The position numbers and the translations under genes were made by a program. A stretch of 64,000 nucleotides of DNA from Podarcis bocagei (taxonomy: Eukaryota): the NCBI GenBank assembly GCA_964188305.1, contig OZ076888.1; one strand, 5' to 3'. This document shows, one piece after another, positions 50,451-63,249 of the stretch. Each line of letters opens with the position of its first letter. The stretch's first letter is position 1. The notes below the pieces were generated by a model. It ran no database searches, was not told where the DNA came from, and saw only the letters and a list, made by a program, of their open reading frames with translations.

Positions 50451-53400
50451 GAATTATCTGATTTAACCAGAAACTTATTGTATTAAGAGTACCTTGAAAA
50501 TATTATTTTGGGAATGGGGTCAGCATGTCACACAACATGCAGCAACTCTTGTTCTAAAAATTGGGTGAAGTACAGGCTTTGACAAAGTTCACAATAACAT
50601 TTATCAGATCCAAAGATGCTAGGCACCAACAGCCAAGACCACAGCAGCTAACAATCACGGACACAGCTCGGAGACTTCCTGTACAGTCTTATGGTGATCT
50701 TTAAACCTTTGGTGACCCTAGAGAAAAACTCAACTCACAGCGGGTGCCACACCTATCCCAAAGCATGACAGATTAGTAGTGTCGGTTTCCTGAGCCCAAG
50801 GAAACATAGATTTCCTTATCGTGTCTATAAATAACATTAAAACACTGTGTTTTTACTTCTGTCTATATTGTTCTTATCTTTAGTGCTAAGATAACCAAGA
50901 CACACACACACTTATGTATCCTCCTTACAGCTTCACTTTACTCAGTCTTCTGTTAAACTAAAAGTACAAATTTTACAGTTTGGACCATTTACAATTTCTC
51001 TGCTGCTTTCAAAAAGTCTGCAGATGAACTTGTGTTCTCTTTTCCTTTCTGCACACTAGGCAGAACTCGGAAATCGGGGAAGAATCTGTGGGAAATATGG
51101 TGCAATGTCACTTATGGTAAACATTTATTTTCAAGAAGGAACATGAGGTCTCCTTGTTTATAGGCACCATAAGGGGCTGGCTTTAGAAGAGAACCTTGAA
51201 AACATCATGCTGACTCTCCTAAAATTTGAGAAAGCTTCACGTCTGCCCACAAGGACCACAATGTCTAGGTTCAAGAATCCATCTAGGCCATAAGCATATC
51301 AGGCATTGGGGGTGTGTGTCAAGAGTGTAGTGTTTTCCAAGGTCTTCTCCTGGTTTAATATTCACAGTGAGAAAGCACACTTGCATTGTTCAAAGTCAAC
51401 CAGAGCCCCGCCTGCCAAACCACTACTCCAATTCCACATTCCACCCATTGAATTCAGTAGAGTGACTGAAATGGACGAGAGTGGGAATTTTGCAGATGGC
51501 ATCCGTGTCCATGGAATCTTTGGTAATGATACAACAGGTGCCTAGAGGCAAAAAAAGGAAGTCACAGATTCATGTATGCATGTTACCCAATTATTCCTTG
51601 GTTATGTAGTCACTCATCCATTCATTCGAAACAAGGCTACCTCTCCAGAGGAGAGTAGGAACAACACAGAATGATTGCTGAAATATTGGGAGTGGGGCAT
51701 GTCACAGAGAGCAAAGTTTTCTTGAAACGCCCCCCCCCCCATCTTTGCTCAACACTAAGTGGAAGCATATGATTCAGCTACCCAGTAAAATAAAGACCTA
51801 TTTCTCATTGAGAAATGTGGCATAAATAGCTACTCTTAAGTTGAGAGGTGTCCCAAGAGTATTTCAGCAGCTGACTAGATCCCTCCTTTTGATAATGGCC
51901 AGTGCAAAAGAAGACAATGACAGACATTAAGGGATATAATTTTACAAGATGCTCCAGTTTGCTTGTGGACCTCGAGGCATTATGAAAGTCATGCTTTCTC
52001 TGACCTGCTGGTATGCAGACAGACAGCACTACATCACTCTTGCTGTCTGCTCTTGCTCACACTGTTTATGTTTTAAAGCGTTTGTTTCATACACATCTTC
52101 CAGAGCAATTACGCAATCAGACGTCTCAACCTCCGTGTGTGGTGTTAGCAGTTTTAAAGTCCACACACCACACGTGTGTTCTCTCAGGTGTATCAGTTGT
52201 ATTGGTGAGATATTGCAGCACTTTAAGAAAATTGTCAAGAATGTAGAATTGGGGGGGGGGGGCTCTTAGGGCATATGGAGGTGCCAGTGCAGCTGCAACA
52301 GGGGTGCTATTTGGTTAGGGAAAGGAAGAGTTGCAGGAATCTCAACGAGGTTCCATTTTTTTGTTACTTTTAAGCAGGCACTAAGTATTTATTTATTGTT
52401 CTGTCCAGCCTTTCTTGATGTTTGTTTTACACTACTGGTGTTTGCCTGGTTTTTAGTTTTGAATTTATATTTTAAATTTTTTATTGTATTGCTTTTATCT
52501 CTTGTTGGACGTTGCTGCGAGGGGACATTGTTCTAAAAGGCAGGTTTGAAATATTTAAAGGAAATATTTGGTACAAGATTAAGTTAGGACTGTCACTATA
52601 CTGATGGACCAATCCGGATCTGAAAGTAAATAAATACATAAATAAATGCTTATATGCATCCGTATAAAACATACATGGATAACCTTTTTTGGCTCAATGG
52701 CCTCTTTGTCCTCCAGGGACCCCTCTGGGGGATGCATGCCAGTTCTCCGCAAATGTTTCTGACCCCTACACAAACATCAGCAATCACACACATACACCAT
52801 AGTTTTCAAATGTTCTGAAAATGCCAGGACTGCCATGAAAACCCTACAGCCATCATGGCTTTTTACTATGACATACAGAGGTCCAAATTCTACAAGCGGG
52901 GAAAGGGAGCAGGGGCAGGGAAGGGTGGGGGCAGGGGAAAGAGGAGGCAACATGGCCCCTCATTGTGGTGCAGCAGGAGCCACGGGCAGGGTTAATGGTG
53001 GCAGCATGGGCCTGGCTCATGCAGTCACAAAAGGACCCTTCAGCAACCATAGCCACTGATCATAGAGACTACTTTGCTGTCGTGGAAGAGCCACCTTGCA
53101 AACATCTGGTGCAGGTGCCTCCTCTGACGCCCAAGATGGGCTGATGGAAGCCTCACAGTTTCACTATATAGCATCTAACGGTCCTGCATATAACAAGGAC
53201 ATTTGCCGGTATAGTATTGTTACATACCCCTGCTCAGCCAGCCCCATCCTTTCCCCATATTTCATCAGCAGTGTGCATATATAGGGAGGACAGGGTGGGG
53301 GACACACACGGATTTAGAATAGAATGTTCCTATTTTCATCTGAGGAGTGTTGGAGAGTTTGATCCACATAGACATGCATAAAGCACCACCAACGTTTCAG

Positions 53401-53989
53401 TGGATCCTTTAGATCCATAGAAAAGGGCGAGTACTTTCCTCCCCATTAGTGCTGGGCTTGATGTAGATGTCTCTACCTAACCCAGCACTGTGATGAAGAG
53501 GAATATCATGCTATCCACTATTAACAGAACAGAGTGGATGCAATGTCCGTTTTTGCTGTGGTTCTGGATTATGTGGAGGGGTTTAAATTGCCCAGCTCAG
53601 TATTGCAATGTTACCTGTCTGCCCCCAACCCAGTCCACCATTGGTGCTGCTGAACAAGGCACCCTTCCTGTCCAATGTCAGGTTTCAATCAAATACAGAT
53701 CAAAGTATTCTGGGAACAAGAAACGGCACTCCTACCTGCTCTGTTTCCCAAAGGTGCATTCAGGAAACATCAGAGCAGAGGAGAGTGCTGTTCCCTGTTT
53801 TTGGAGTGCTCTGATCTATTTCCAATGGCAGCAGCTACAGGACGAAAGAGACACTTCATTCAGTGGTTTTGCCACTATGTGGTACTAGTGGGATTGTTGT
53901 CCACAGAACAGACAAGCTGGATCGGAACTATGACTCATCAATTCCCCACCCCTGCTATACTCAGTCTTGTACATGTACATGTACGCACT

Positions 53990-53992
<3 letters not shown>

Positions 53993-54038
<46 letters not shown>
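53993..54038. repeat. (AC)23 microsatellite
   Basis: Direct reading. Confidence 0.97.
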
Positions 54039-54041
<3 letters not shown>

Positions 54042-56027
54042 TATTTGCTGACTCATTGTTACATAGGCATGTGTAAAATTAACTTAACAAATGTTGCTCG
54101 TATCATTGAAACTCTTCTGGCTTCAAATTCCTCAGATGTTTCACTTGAGAAAGCACCATCAAAACTGCTTTGAATTTTGCTTTAGGCAAAATTTTGATGA
54201 CAACTGTACTCTGACAACTGCAGAAATTCACTAGTATAATTCCACTTCTTTCCACATTTACCACATGTGTGAGATTATCAACAGTTCTGCATGGCCATTC
54301 ATAATTCCCACCAGCCCAGTGAATTACTTCTGAGTAAGACATGTGTAGGATTGCACTATTAGAAATTAGAAAAATGCATGATGTTACATTTTGAATAGGA
54401 CTGCAGTGTTCATAGCTTTTCTACAGCTGTGTCCAGTGGTATAAATTTGAAAAAAACACATTAATACAAAATATGTTGGCTTTAACAGCCACATTTTATA
54501 TTGCTGGCATTGATCACCTTGCAGCCCTGACATCATCATCATTATTATCAAAAGCAGGAGTAGCCAAAGGATGTCATTCTAAATCATTGCCTTAACATAC
54601 TGAATCCTTCTAAAATTGTGCTTACATTCCAAAGGTATACATTACTTTGATTCAAAGCAGCCTCAATGTCCTGAGCTAGCAGTCTCACTCATTAAAATAT
54701 GTTTTATTAAAACATTTCATGAGCAAGTCTCTACAGAGAAGACTTGCTCTCCCCCTCCTGATTTCCTTGAGAAATGAAGATTTTTCAAATGTTCATTCTC
54801 ATCAAAGGGCTTTTGGGATGTCAATAAGAACATTCAAAACCACTGCTACAGCCAATCCCCTTCACTGCTACTTCTCCTCCTTTCCCAAGGAAAAGTCTTG
54901 GCTTAGGGAAGATGGATGGATAGTTGACAGCAGAGGGACTGACATGTGGAACACTTTTTCCAGTTGGAGATCATAGGGGTTGATTTTAAGCGTAACAATT
55001 TCTGGGAGAAAATGAACCCACACACATCATTTGTAGCCAATAAGAGGCAATATACAGTCAAACCCCATGATGCCCAGTAGGAAAAGACATCCCATGTGTC
55101 ATTTGCTGATGAGGAGAGACTCTCCTGTGTAGATGAAACCATTCTCTCCTCCCTTTCCCCAAAGGAATGTGTTTTTTTTCATTGGAGAAGGGAGAGTGGC
55201 AGGGAGTGCTAGAGGTGGTGTACGGGTCCAATGCAAACCCCGATCAAGATGGCCAATCTAAAATGCCATTCAAGCACAGGTTGGTTTGCCTTTTCAAGCA
55301 CTTATATATTTGACATATGTCTAGATATTTCTACCAGTGTGTTTTGTTTTTATTATTTAATTAATTATTTATAAAAAAAAATACCTGGAAGTACTCAAGC
55401 ATTCTGAACAAAAATGGTTTGTAGGAAATGTTTATATAAAATAGGGATGAACGAACTACCTAGATGAACACTCAGTTTTGCATACATTCAATCTTAAATT
55501 CATTCCGTCCTATTTTCCGTGAAGTTTTTTTAAACCATATGAAAACTTTACATCAAAATAGCACACATTTTTGTATGTGCTTTCCTCATAAATATGCATT
55601 TTGTGCATTTTTATGGATTCCCCTCTAAAATGCGCATGTTTGAACTGAAAGTGCGTCACAAAATCCAGAAAAATACACAACTCAATTGCTAACAAAGGTC
55701 CAATCCCTATAGAAATCCAGAACTGTGAATTAAGCCAGTTTGCTTTAAAATGTGGACCAAATAAATTTCCCCTCTATCCCTTAAATAATATAATTAAACA
55801 CATGTTGCTTGTTGACCTTAGAATTCAAAGTTTGTAAGTCCTTAGATCCTCTAAACATTCAGATGCCTTGGCCTATTACTACCCAGTTTTAATTTGTCAT
55901 CAGAGTAGCTAAATCAATGCAAATTAGAATGGCTGTGACATATTTGCCTTCCCAAGAGATTATGACATCACGGTACATCAGTCTGTGGCATTAACAGAGG
56001 TAGGGTTTGAAGAGAGGAGAACACTGC

Positions 56028-56341
56028 CAGGGGTGTAGGGTGGGGGGTGCAGTTCGCCCCCGGTGTCATCCTTGAGGGGGGGGGTGACAAAATGGCACAC
56101 CGCGGGGGGTGGCACTTACCGCGGGGCCTGGCATGCAGCGAACCCGAGCCACACATCTCTCCTGGGACTGACACAGTGGCTCACGGCCCCACACTGCTTG
56201 AATCGGCAGCATGGGGCTTGTGTCGGACTCTGTGGGCAGCTTGCCGCTCCACCCCCCGGGCAGATCGCTGCGGCGCCCCGGTGCATGGATCGCTGTGTCC
56301 CCATGTGGCCCTGGGTGCCAGAGCAGCTAGCTACACCCCTG
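56028..56341. mobile_element. GC-rich hAT (Tip100-like) MITE
   Basis: 11-bp perfect TIR CAGGGGTGTAG/CTACACCCCTG; perfect 8-bp TSD AACACTGC (56020-56027 and 56342-56349). Confidence 0.9.
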
Positions 56342-56628
56342 AACACTGCAAGCATGAACACTACCAGAGTGTTGGTTTTAATTGTTAGTTGAGGAATAGG
56401 GGATAAATATTTTAAAACAAATAGAGTAATCAAAGATCAAAGGAGACAAATAGAAAATATTCCAAAACAATGCTGGTTTTTACACAACCTTCAATGAACT
56501 CAAGGGCTTGCCTTTCGCTTTTGATCAAAGTTGTCCACTCCTTCCCTATCCATAAAGACTCAAATGATACTCTATATCTACTGTATATAAAAGCAGTCAT
56601 AACCACCATCACAATATGGAGTTCCTAC

Positions 56629-56698
56629 CTGCAGGACAGTTGCATCGCTGGTGGATGTCTCTAGCTTCCCGATGTCTTGGCATGTTGAACTGTAATCT
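56629..56698 (-). CDS. COL13A1: COL13A1 70-nt exon (NC1 juxtamembrane region with furin-type site and CNC motif): [23 protein letters not shown](G)
   Basis: Minus strand reads ctttcccctcctgccttcactttatag|AGATTACAG...TGCAACTGTCCTGCAG|gtagga. 23 codons + 1 nt (phase 0 in, phase 1 out); MACIT-family CNCP motif. Confidence 0.9.
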
Positions 56699-57775
56699 CT
56701 ATAAAGTGAAGGCAGGAGGGGAAAGCTACATTAATAATAATGAAACCCAAGACTTGTGCATGTTAGAAAACAGCTTTTGAAAGGAATTCAGCCCAGAAGT
56801 GTAGCGAGGAAAAGACATCTGGTCTCGGATCAAAGACAGACAATTGCCTTCAAATTGAATCTCAACATCCGCTTGACTGAAAGCAGGCAGAGCAAATTTG
56901 ACAGAATTTCTAAATGTGATTCCTTGCTGAAGGGCTGGATTGCTGCAGAAAGGGGCAATTACCCACGCAGGGGAAATTCCATGTGGCAGACACAACAATT
57001 TAGGTTTGGGAGCACTCTTCTAAATACAGTAGCCACCATGGGAATGTCAGGCAAAAACGTTCTCCATGTAATAAGACAACCCAATCCAATCACTAATGTC
57101 TACACATATTCAACTACCACATCACTTCCCTTAAACCCTACCCCTGTCTCACCCTCAGTCACCATAAATGTAGAATGCAGTTGCAGTTGTGGGGTGAGTA
57201 CCTACCTGAAAATATTATGATCTTTAATAGAGAAGACTAATTTCTGACAGCTGCATCTACTACACATACGCCAGCCCTCAGTAATAAATCTGCTCCATCA
57301 AGTGTTGCTAGTTCTCCTCTACATTATTTATTTATTTTGACAATTTATATAACCGCTTAATTACAACAATCTCTTAGCAGATAAAGTTATACAGTGCCAA
57401 CCAGTATAGACAATATGGAGCTAGGCAGACCATGGATCCGACTCAGTATAAGGCAGCTTCCTAGAACATTTAGAAAACTGCATCAGATTCATGTGCCACG
57501 GCCAATGCAATGGCACACTATTGCAACTAAGTAAGGAGCTTTGCTTCAAATCCACCATGTATCATATTCACCTTTTCTTAGCCATGTACCTGATAAGAGG
57601 AACCAACACTGTCAGAAATAGGAACCTATCTTTAGCCTCCTTGATCTGTTTTTAAGACTCAGTATATGGTGACCTGAATTTCCTAAGTACTGTACTGAGA
57701 TGCTCAGCAACACACACAAACTTAACCACTTCAGACTCAGAAGGAACGGCTGTGTTATCAGATCATTTATTAATC

Positions 57776-57955
57776 TGGCTACAGTCCAATGCAGAGTTAC
57801 TCGGGAGAAAGTCTTGTTGAATTCAATAGGGCTTACTTCCAAGTATGTTTAGGATCAGGCCATAATCCTGCAATCCCTAGCATATTTCTGCGAGAAATTA
57901 GGTCTCACTGAATTCAGTGGGACTTACTTCTAAGTGAAAATGTTTAGGGCTTCAA
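57776..57955. repeat. Two adjacent copies of a short (~85 bp) ancient palindromic repeat; further copies at ~2175-2330, ~54310-54355 and ~61475-61630
   Basis: Shared self-complementary core CCCA(C/T)TGAATTCA(A/G)TGGG(A/G)CTTACT flanked by GCAATCC/GGATTGC-type ends. Confidence 0.55.
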
Positions 57956-60900
57956 ATAGATTTGAAGCCAAAATTCAGAAAGTTTACATACAATTTTTAT
58001 ATATATATATATAAAACCTCTGGCTTTGTTTTATTTATTTATTTTATTAAATTTCAATTTATAATATAGATATGCCATTCCTTCTCCCTCAACCTTCACA
58101 AATCTGTATTTTCAGATAGTTGTACCTTACATATTATCAGGGTCACGTTAGGGCTATAAGAAACAGTATTCAAATCTAGGCTTGAATGGTGAGTTGTCCA
58201 ACCCAGGTACTTGAACTCAATTAACTGAATGGGGTCTGATCTGCAGGCTGGTACTGCTTTATTAACTTGGCATGGGAAAACAACTAGGCTACTAGTATTT
58301 ATACTGGGCTGGTCAATCCAGAGATGTTATACTTCCAACCAGAGGGTCTGAAGCTTCACACACCTAGTCCCTTCGGTGCCTTAAGACTTTGATGGCTCAG
58401 CATAAACAATAACTTACTAGGCTAGGTCTCAGCCTGTGAGGTTTTCTAGTTGAAACCATGGGGTTCCCAATAAATACTATGTAACTGTGTGTGTTCCCTT
58501 TAACAAAACCTTTGGATGCATATGAACCTCTGTTCTGGAAATGTTCCACTCTTCATCCTTGATGTTTACCTCAAAACCAGTGAGAGATTCTAATTCTGTA
58601 TCTTGGATCTTCTCAACTGTGTGTATTAAATTTCAGCTAGGGCCATAAATAGGACATCCATATCCTTTAGTTTGATATGTAACCTGGTCTTTGAAGACCT
58701 AATTGCCTCCTTTTATACATCCAAGTGTTAATTTAAGGATCTTACCACAGGCGTTTGCCATCTCAGTAAGATTGCTCCATTAGGAACTTGTAGGGTACCA
58801 TATGTCATTCCTTCTGGCAAGTTCAGGGATGAGGCCATGTGACATGATTTGCATGGTCAGAAGGTCTCTGTGACAACTCATCCTCTAACAAGTGAAAGCT
58901 AATGCTTCAGGCTTAGAACACAGCTCTTTGATGTACTGTTTATAGCACCAGAATATGGCAAATGCAAAGAGAATGGCAGTCAAAATGGGGAGGGCAGTCG
59001 GGATATGAAAAAAGTGGCCTTGTTTTCCGTTTTTGGCTGTGGCCAAATATTGTTGCAACTCAAGGGTGGCAGAAGAAATGAGAAGGCTATTTTGGCTCTC
59101 AAGACAGAAATGCAGCATTTTCTGGTTCTTTTTGTTATCAGAAAAGACTGTCACTTCCCATACTATTCCAATAACTTGGGAAATATGCATCTTCTGACCT
59201 AGGGCACTACCAGATGGTTGTCATTTTGGGGTAGGATTCAATCACATACTGGTAAATTCAGCTTGTGCAATTAAAGTTGATTTGGTGCTCTTGCACAACA
59301 AACCAGCTTCTACTCAAAACCCGACTTTTTGCAATAAGGAGAGTGACAGGAAAAGGCACTGGGAAGTGTAGGATAATGACTGCTTGATACGACATTGTGT
59401 AATCTCCCTGCAAGTACTGTACATCAGAATGAATGCTCAATAAATAACTGACCATGCCTCTCTGCCCCACAAACTTTGTGCAAATAAGCAGAGACAAATG
59501 TTCAATATACTGTACTAGCTGTTCAGAACTGACCCTAGACTGCTAAAGACAATTGCAGAATGGTGGTCATAGGGCTAGAATTGTCTCAGGAAGCTTAATA
59601 TATTGGAATGTAAATTGGAAGACATGGAAAGACCATTTCTGTATTCGCAAGGAGAAAAGCTACAAACCCCTATCTTCAACAAAATTGTGGGTTTCCACCA
59701 AGGAAAATGATGTGATAATCAAAACAACTTATTTGGTATGTAAGTTTTCAGATTGCCCTTCAAGCAAAATGGAAATGACAAAATCTATCCTTTGAAAGCT
59801 AGTTTTAGGTAGCCTGTGCGTAGCACTTTATAGAATATAAAAGACAGGTGCACATCATGGAGAGCTTACAATCGAAGTTTGACACAGGGGAAACAGCAGA
59901 GGGCTGGGAGGGAAGTGGAGGCAGGAGCGATATGTGAATGTTTCATATACCTGTGATTAGTCTATGTTACAGGCTTAGTTGCAGTAGGGCATGGGAATTA
60001 GGGGCCTGACCCAAAGGCCTCACAGAAATGGTAGGTCTTAAGGAGGAATTTAAAGGAAGTAAGGTGGTATCACACAGGTATTCTGGTAAGCAGCTCCAAG
60101 TATATAGTGCAGAAAGGGATAAAGAGTGGAGTCTTTTGAGGGAGCAGAGGGAAGGTCATGGTTGGGAATGTACAGGGATATCAGAGCAGAGATGAGACCA
60201 TTACTACTGGATCACCAAAGAACTAAAATAATCTCTTGAGACCACTATCTTCTGTATTCTTCAAGATGATCGATTTTAAATCCAAAGCACAAATGTACTG
60301 GTATAGTGTGGGTTTCTTTCAGCATAAAGTTAGGTCTCTATTCATAACTGAAGACAATGTTCTATTGCCCCTCCCACTATGCAGCTCCTAAAACTTCTCT
60401 AAAAACAACAAATGGATTATTGGATAACTTATACATGCCCAGGTTGCCTTTGTCCAACAAGCACAGATGCAAACTGATAATAAAGTCAACTTTTAGAAGT
60501 CAGAGTCACTAGTGTTACCTGCTATGGGAGAAAGTTGCCTTTTCTCTTTGAAAGCTTTGCCTATGCCTAAAATGCCACTGTTTTGGTTTTTGTCCCATAA
60601 ATGCTGAAGAATTTCGCCTTGCAGCCAGGGTACTCTCCGTACCATCTACATCATTCTCAGTCTACAAACACATTTGTCAGGGAAACACAGTTGGCAGAAA
60701 ACCTCATGCCATTGCTTGCTGCTCACTGTCACTGGCAGTACGTAAGGAACAGAACCTGTGGGGTGGGGGGAGCATTTAAGGGCACTTGCCCTGGGTCTCC
60801 ACATATAGAGGAAGACACATCAATGCTGACAAACAGCAACCGAGAAGGGTGGTTGTCTCAAATTAACATTCAGCTGCTGAATGCTAAGCTTCTGGGTGTT

Positions 60901-61934
60901 CAACAGTTCTTGTTAGTGCAATCTTTCTGAAGAAATCAGGATCTGATCATTTTTGCCAGGGTATCTGTCAATAGTGCATCAACAGGCAGGAAAAAACTAC
61001 AGCATGTCCTGATATGTGCATCTGGATATACCCATGCTCAAAGTATGCATCCCATTCACAAGTCCTTCATCCCCCCCCCACCTCTCTCTCTCTTCTGAGT
61101 GTTAGACAATATGCATGGATCATATTTTAATTGGCTTTCAGTGTCTTAGGTTCATACGTGGCTGGAGGTCCTTCCGCAGCTAAGAATATTAAAATCAAAT
61201 TTACACAGTGATCCAAGTAATGCTTTACAAAGAAACCAGTCCATCAAAACTTCCATACATTGATCGTATTTTGAGAAAAGCATACTATTATGTGATGCTT
61301 TGAAATGCACCACCCTTTCTTCAGAGTATCTAGTGGCATATGCAGGGCTCCATTCGGGTACTTGTCAGGACCAGCTGTTTAGTATCAGACACAGAAAGAA
61401 CCTCTTTATACATCTTGACTTCAGGCCATCTTTAGTTAAGTGTTCTTGAGTTGTCCTGAATTTAGTCAAATATGCAGCCTGATCCTATCTGTGTTTTACA
61501 CATGTGGAAGTTCCACTGAGTACAGTGAGGTTTGTTACCAATAAAGGAAATGGAATTGCAGCATTAGGCCACACTCTGGAGTGTACTTACCAGGAAACAA
61601 CTCCCACAAAACCCAATGGATCTTACTTCCAACAAACCAGCTCCCAGTGATGGCCCTTTTCAAAATGTCATCACCTACAGAACCATCTAACCTTGCTGGG
61701 AGTAGAGAAGAAGCAGTTACCACAGCCTCTAAACAAACGGTTGTCTTTGTCATGTTCTTATAACCTCTCCCTGTGCCCCCAATGCTTATTGTTGTCATAA
61801 TCATATGCAAACCACTTTGTGAGGTCCACCTGAAAATAAATACCACGATCTAAGACATGTGGAACAGCCAGATGCAAAAGAGAACAGGGTTCCTGCACCT
61901 TTGATGGTTGTATAGAAGATGGAGTTACAAGCTA

Positions 61935-62287
61935 GGTAAAGGTAAAGGGACCCCTGACCATTAGGTCCAGTTGCGGACGACTCTGGGGTTGCGGTGCTCA
62001 TCTCGCTTTATTGGCCGAGGGAGCCGGCGTACAGCTTCCAGGTCATGTGGCCAGCATGACTAAGCCACTTCTGGCGAACCAGAGCAGAACACGGAAACGC
62101 CGTTTACCTTCCTGCCAGAGTGGCACCTATTTATCTACTTGCACTTTGACGTGCTTTCGAACTGCTATGTTGGCAGGAACAGGGACCGAGTAACGGGCGC
62201 TCACCCATCGCGGGGATTCGAACCGCCAACCTTCTGATCGGCAAGTCCTAGGCTCTGTGGTTTAACCCACAGCGCCACCCGTGTCCC
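61935..62287 (-). mobile_element. Sauria (Squam1) SINE
   Basis: Full-length reverse-complement copy; TSD AGTTACAAGCTA (61923-61934 and 62288-62299). Confidence 0.93.
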
Positions 62288-62400
62288 AGTTACAAGCTAT
62301 ACCTGTTCAAATCCTCTCTTTTCCTAACTTCTTAAAGGTGGATCAACCCTGTTGTTCTTCTGCACGTGACACCCTTAGCTGTGATCAATGTAATTAGGAT

Positions 62401-62514
62401 GCACGGCAGCAGCAGGAGGCCCCATTAGCTAAAGTGGTGCTTCAGGTTAAGAACAGTTTCAGGTTAAGAACGGACCTCCGGAACGAAATAAGTACGTAAC
62501 CAGAGGTACCACTG
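62401..62514. mobile_element. One-ended Tc1/mariner-pogo (Tigger-like) MITE fragment
   Basis: Terminus GAGGTACCACTG followed by TA; duplicated subterminal TTCAGGTTAAGAAC; the other end is not visible. Confidence 0.65.
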
Positions 62515-62581
62515 TATGCAGTTTTGTGTTTTTATATTGTAAACCACCTTGTATTCTTCAAATGAATGGCAGTATAGAAAT

Positions 62582-63170
62582 TTTAATAATAATAATTTTT
62601 TATTTATACCCCGCCCTCCCTAGTTCAGAAAACCGGGCTCAGGGTGGCTAACGACAAATTTAAAACACTTAATTTATGCTACAAAAAACAGCATAAAATA
62701 CAGTATAAAACATGAATAACAATAAAATAAAAAATCAATTTAGGGGGAAAATCCATCCAATAAACATTAGCTGATCACCAGGGCTAGCTAGCTAAATTAG
62801 TCCTATTTGGGCCAGCGAGGAGACCAGGGGAGAATTAGCTGTGGGATCCCAGAGTGGGTAATCTTCATGAAAAGGGGAGAGGGAGGGAAGGAAGGGGAAT
62901 AAAAGATCAGGCTAAGTTCAAATTGAAAGCTAGGTAGAATAGTTCTGTCTTACAGGCCCTGCAGAAGGAAGTTAAATCCTGCAGGGCCCTGGTCTCATGG
63001 GACAGAGCATTCCACCAGGTCGGAGCCATCACTGAGAAGGCCCTGGCCCTGGTGGAGGATCTAACCTCCTTAGGGCCTGGGACCTCTAAACTATGATTAT
63101 TCATGGACCTTAAGGTCCTCTGCGGGGCATACCAGGAGAGGAGGTTCCAGAAATACGAGGCCCTAAGCCA
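62582..63170 (-). mobile_element. 5'-truncated L2-clade LINE (ORF2 C-terminus plus 3'UTR)
   Basis: Minus-strand translation RTLRS...RARAFSVMAPTWWNALS...SFCRACKTELF is a typical L2 ORF2 C-terminus; (TAAA/TTA)n tail. The same 3' end recurs at ~37875-37990. Confidence 0.8.
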
Positions 63171-63249
63171 CATAATAATATCCCTTCCCAGCTTATGTCC
63201 CCACCAGTGGTGTACTGCCTCTGAATAATGATGTTTCACTTAGTTTTTC

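Larger units (their letters stand above)
872..56698 (-). other. COL13A1: Partial gene: transmembrane (MACIT) collagen, most likely collagen alpha-1(XIII). Four consecutive coding exons lie in the window; the first (TM) exon is beyond 64000 and the 3' exons are before position 1
   Basis: Four GT-AG exons of 70/8/27/36 nt join in frame to ...[29 protein letters not shown]. This matches recalled human COL13A1 [29 protein letters not shown] and its 70-8-27-36 exon series. COL23A1 and COL25A1 have an extra 45-nt exon before the 8-nt exon, and none was found here. Introns are 46,934, 3,560 and 5,192 bp. Confidence 0.87.

Noticed and set aside
30737-54173. ORFs with THTH, CVCV or TNKQ runs
   Set aside because: Translations of microsatellites.
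9695-56628. A 45-nt GPPG(K/R)RG-type exon as in COL23A1/COL25A1
   Set aside because: Searched by eye and not found; this supports COL13A1, although a manual scan could miss it.
13370-62287. tRNA genes suggested by A/B boxes
   Set aside because: All are SINE heads continuing into SINE bodies, several with TSDs.
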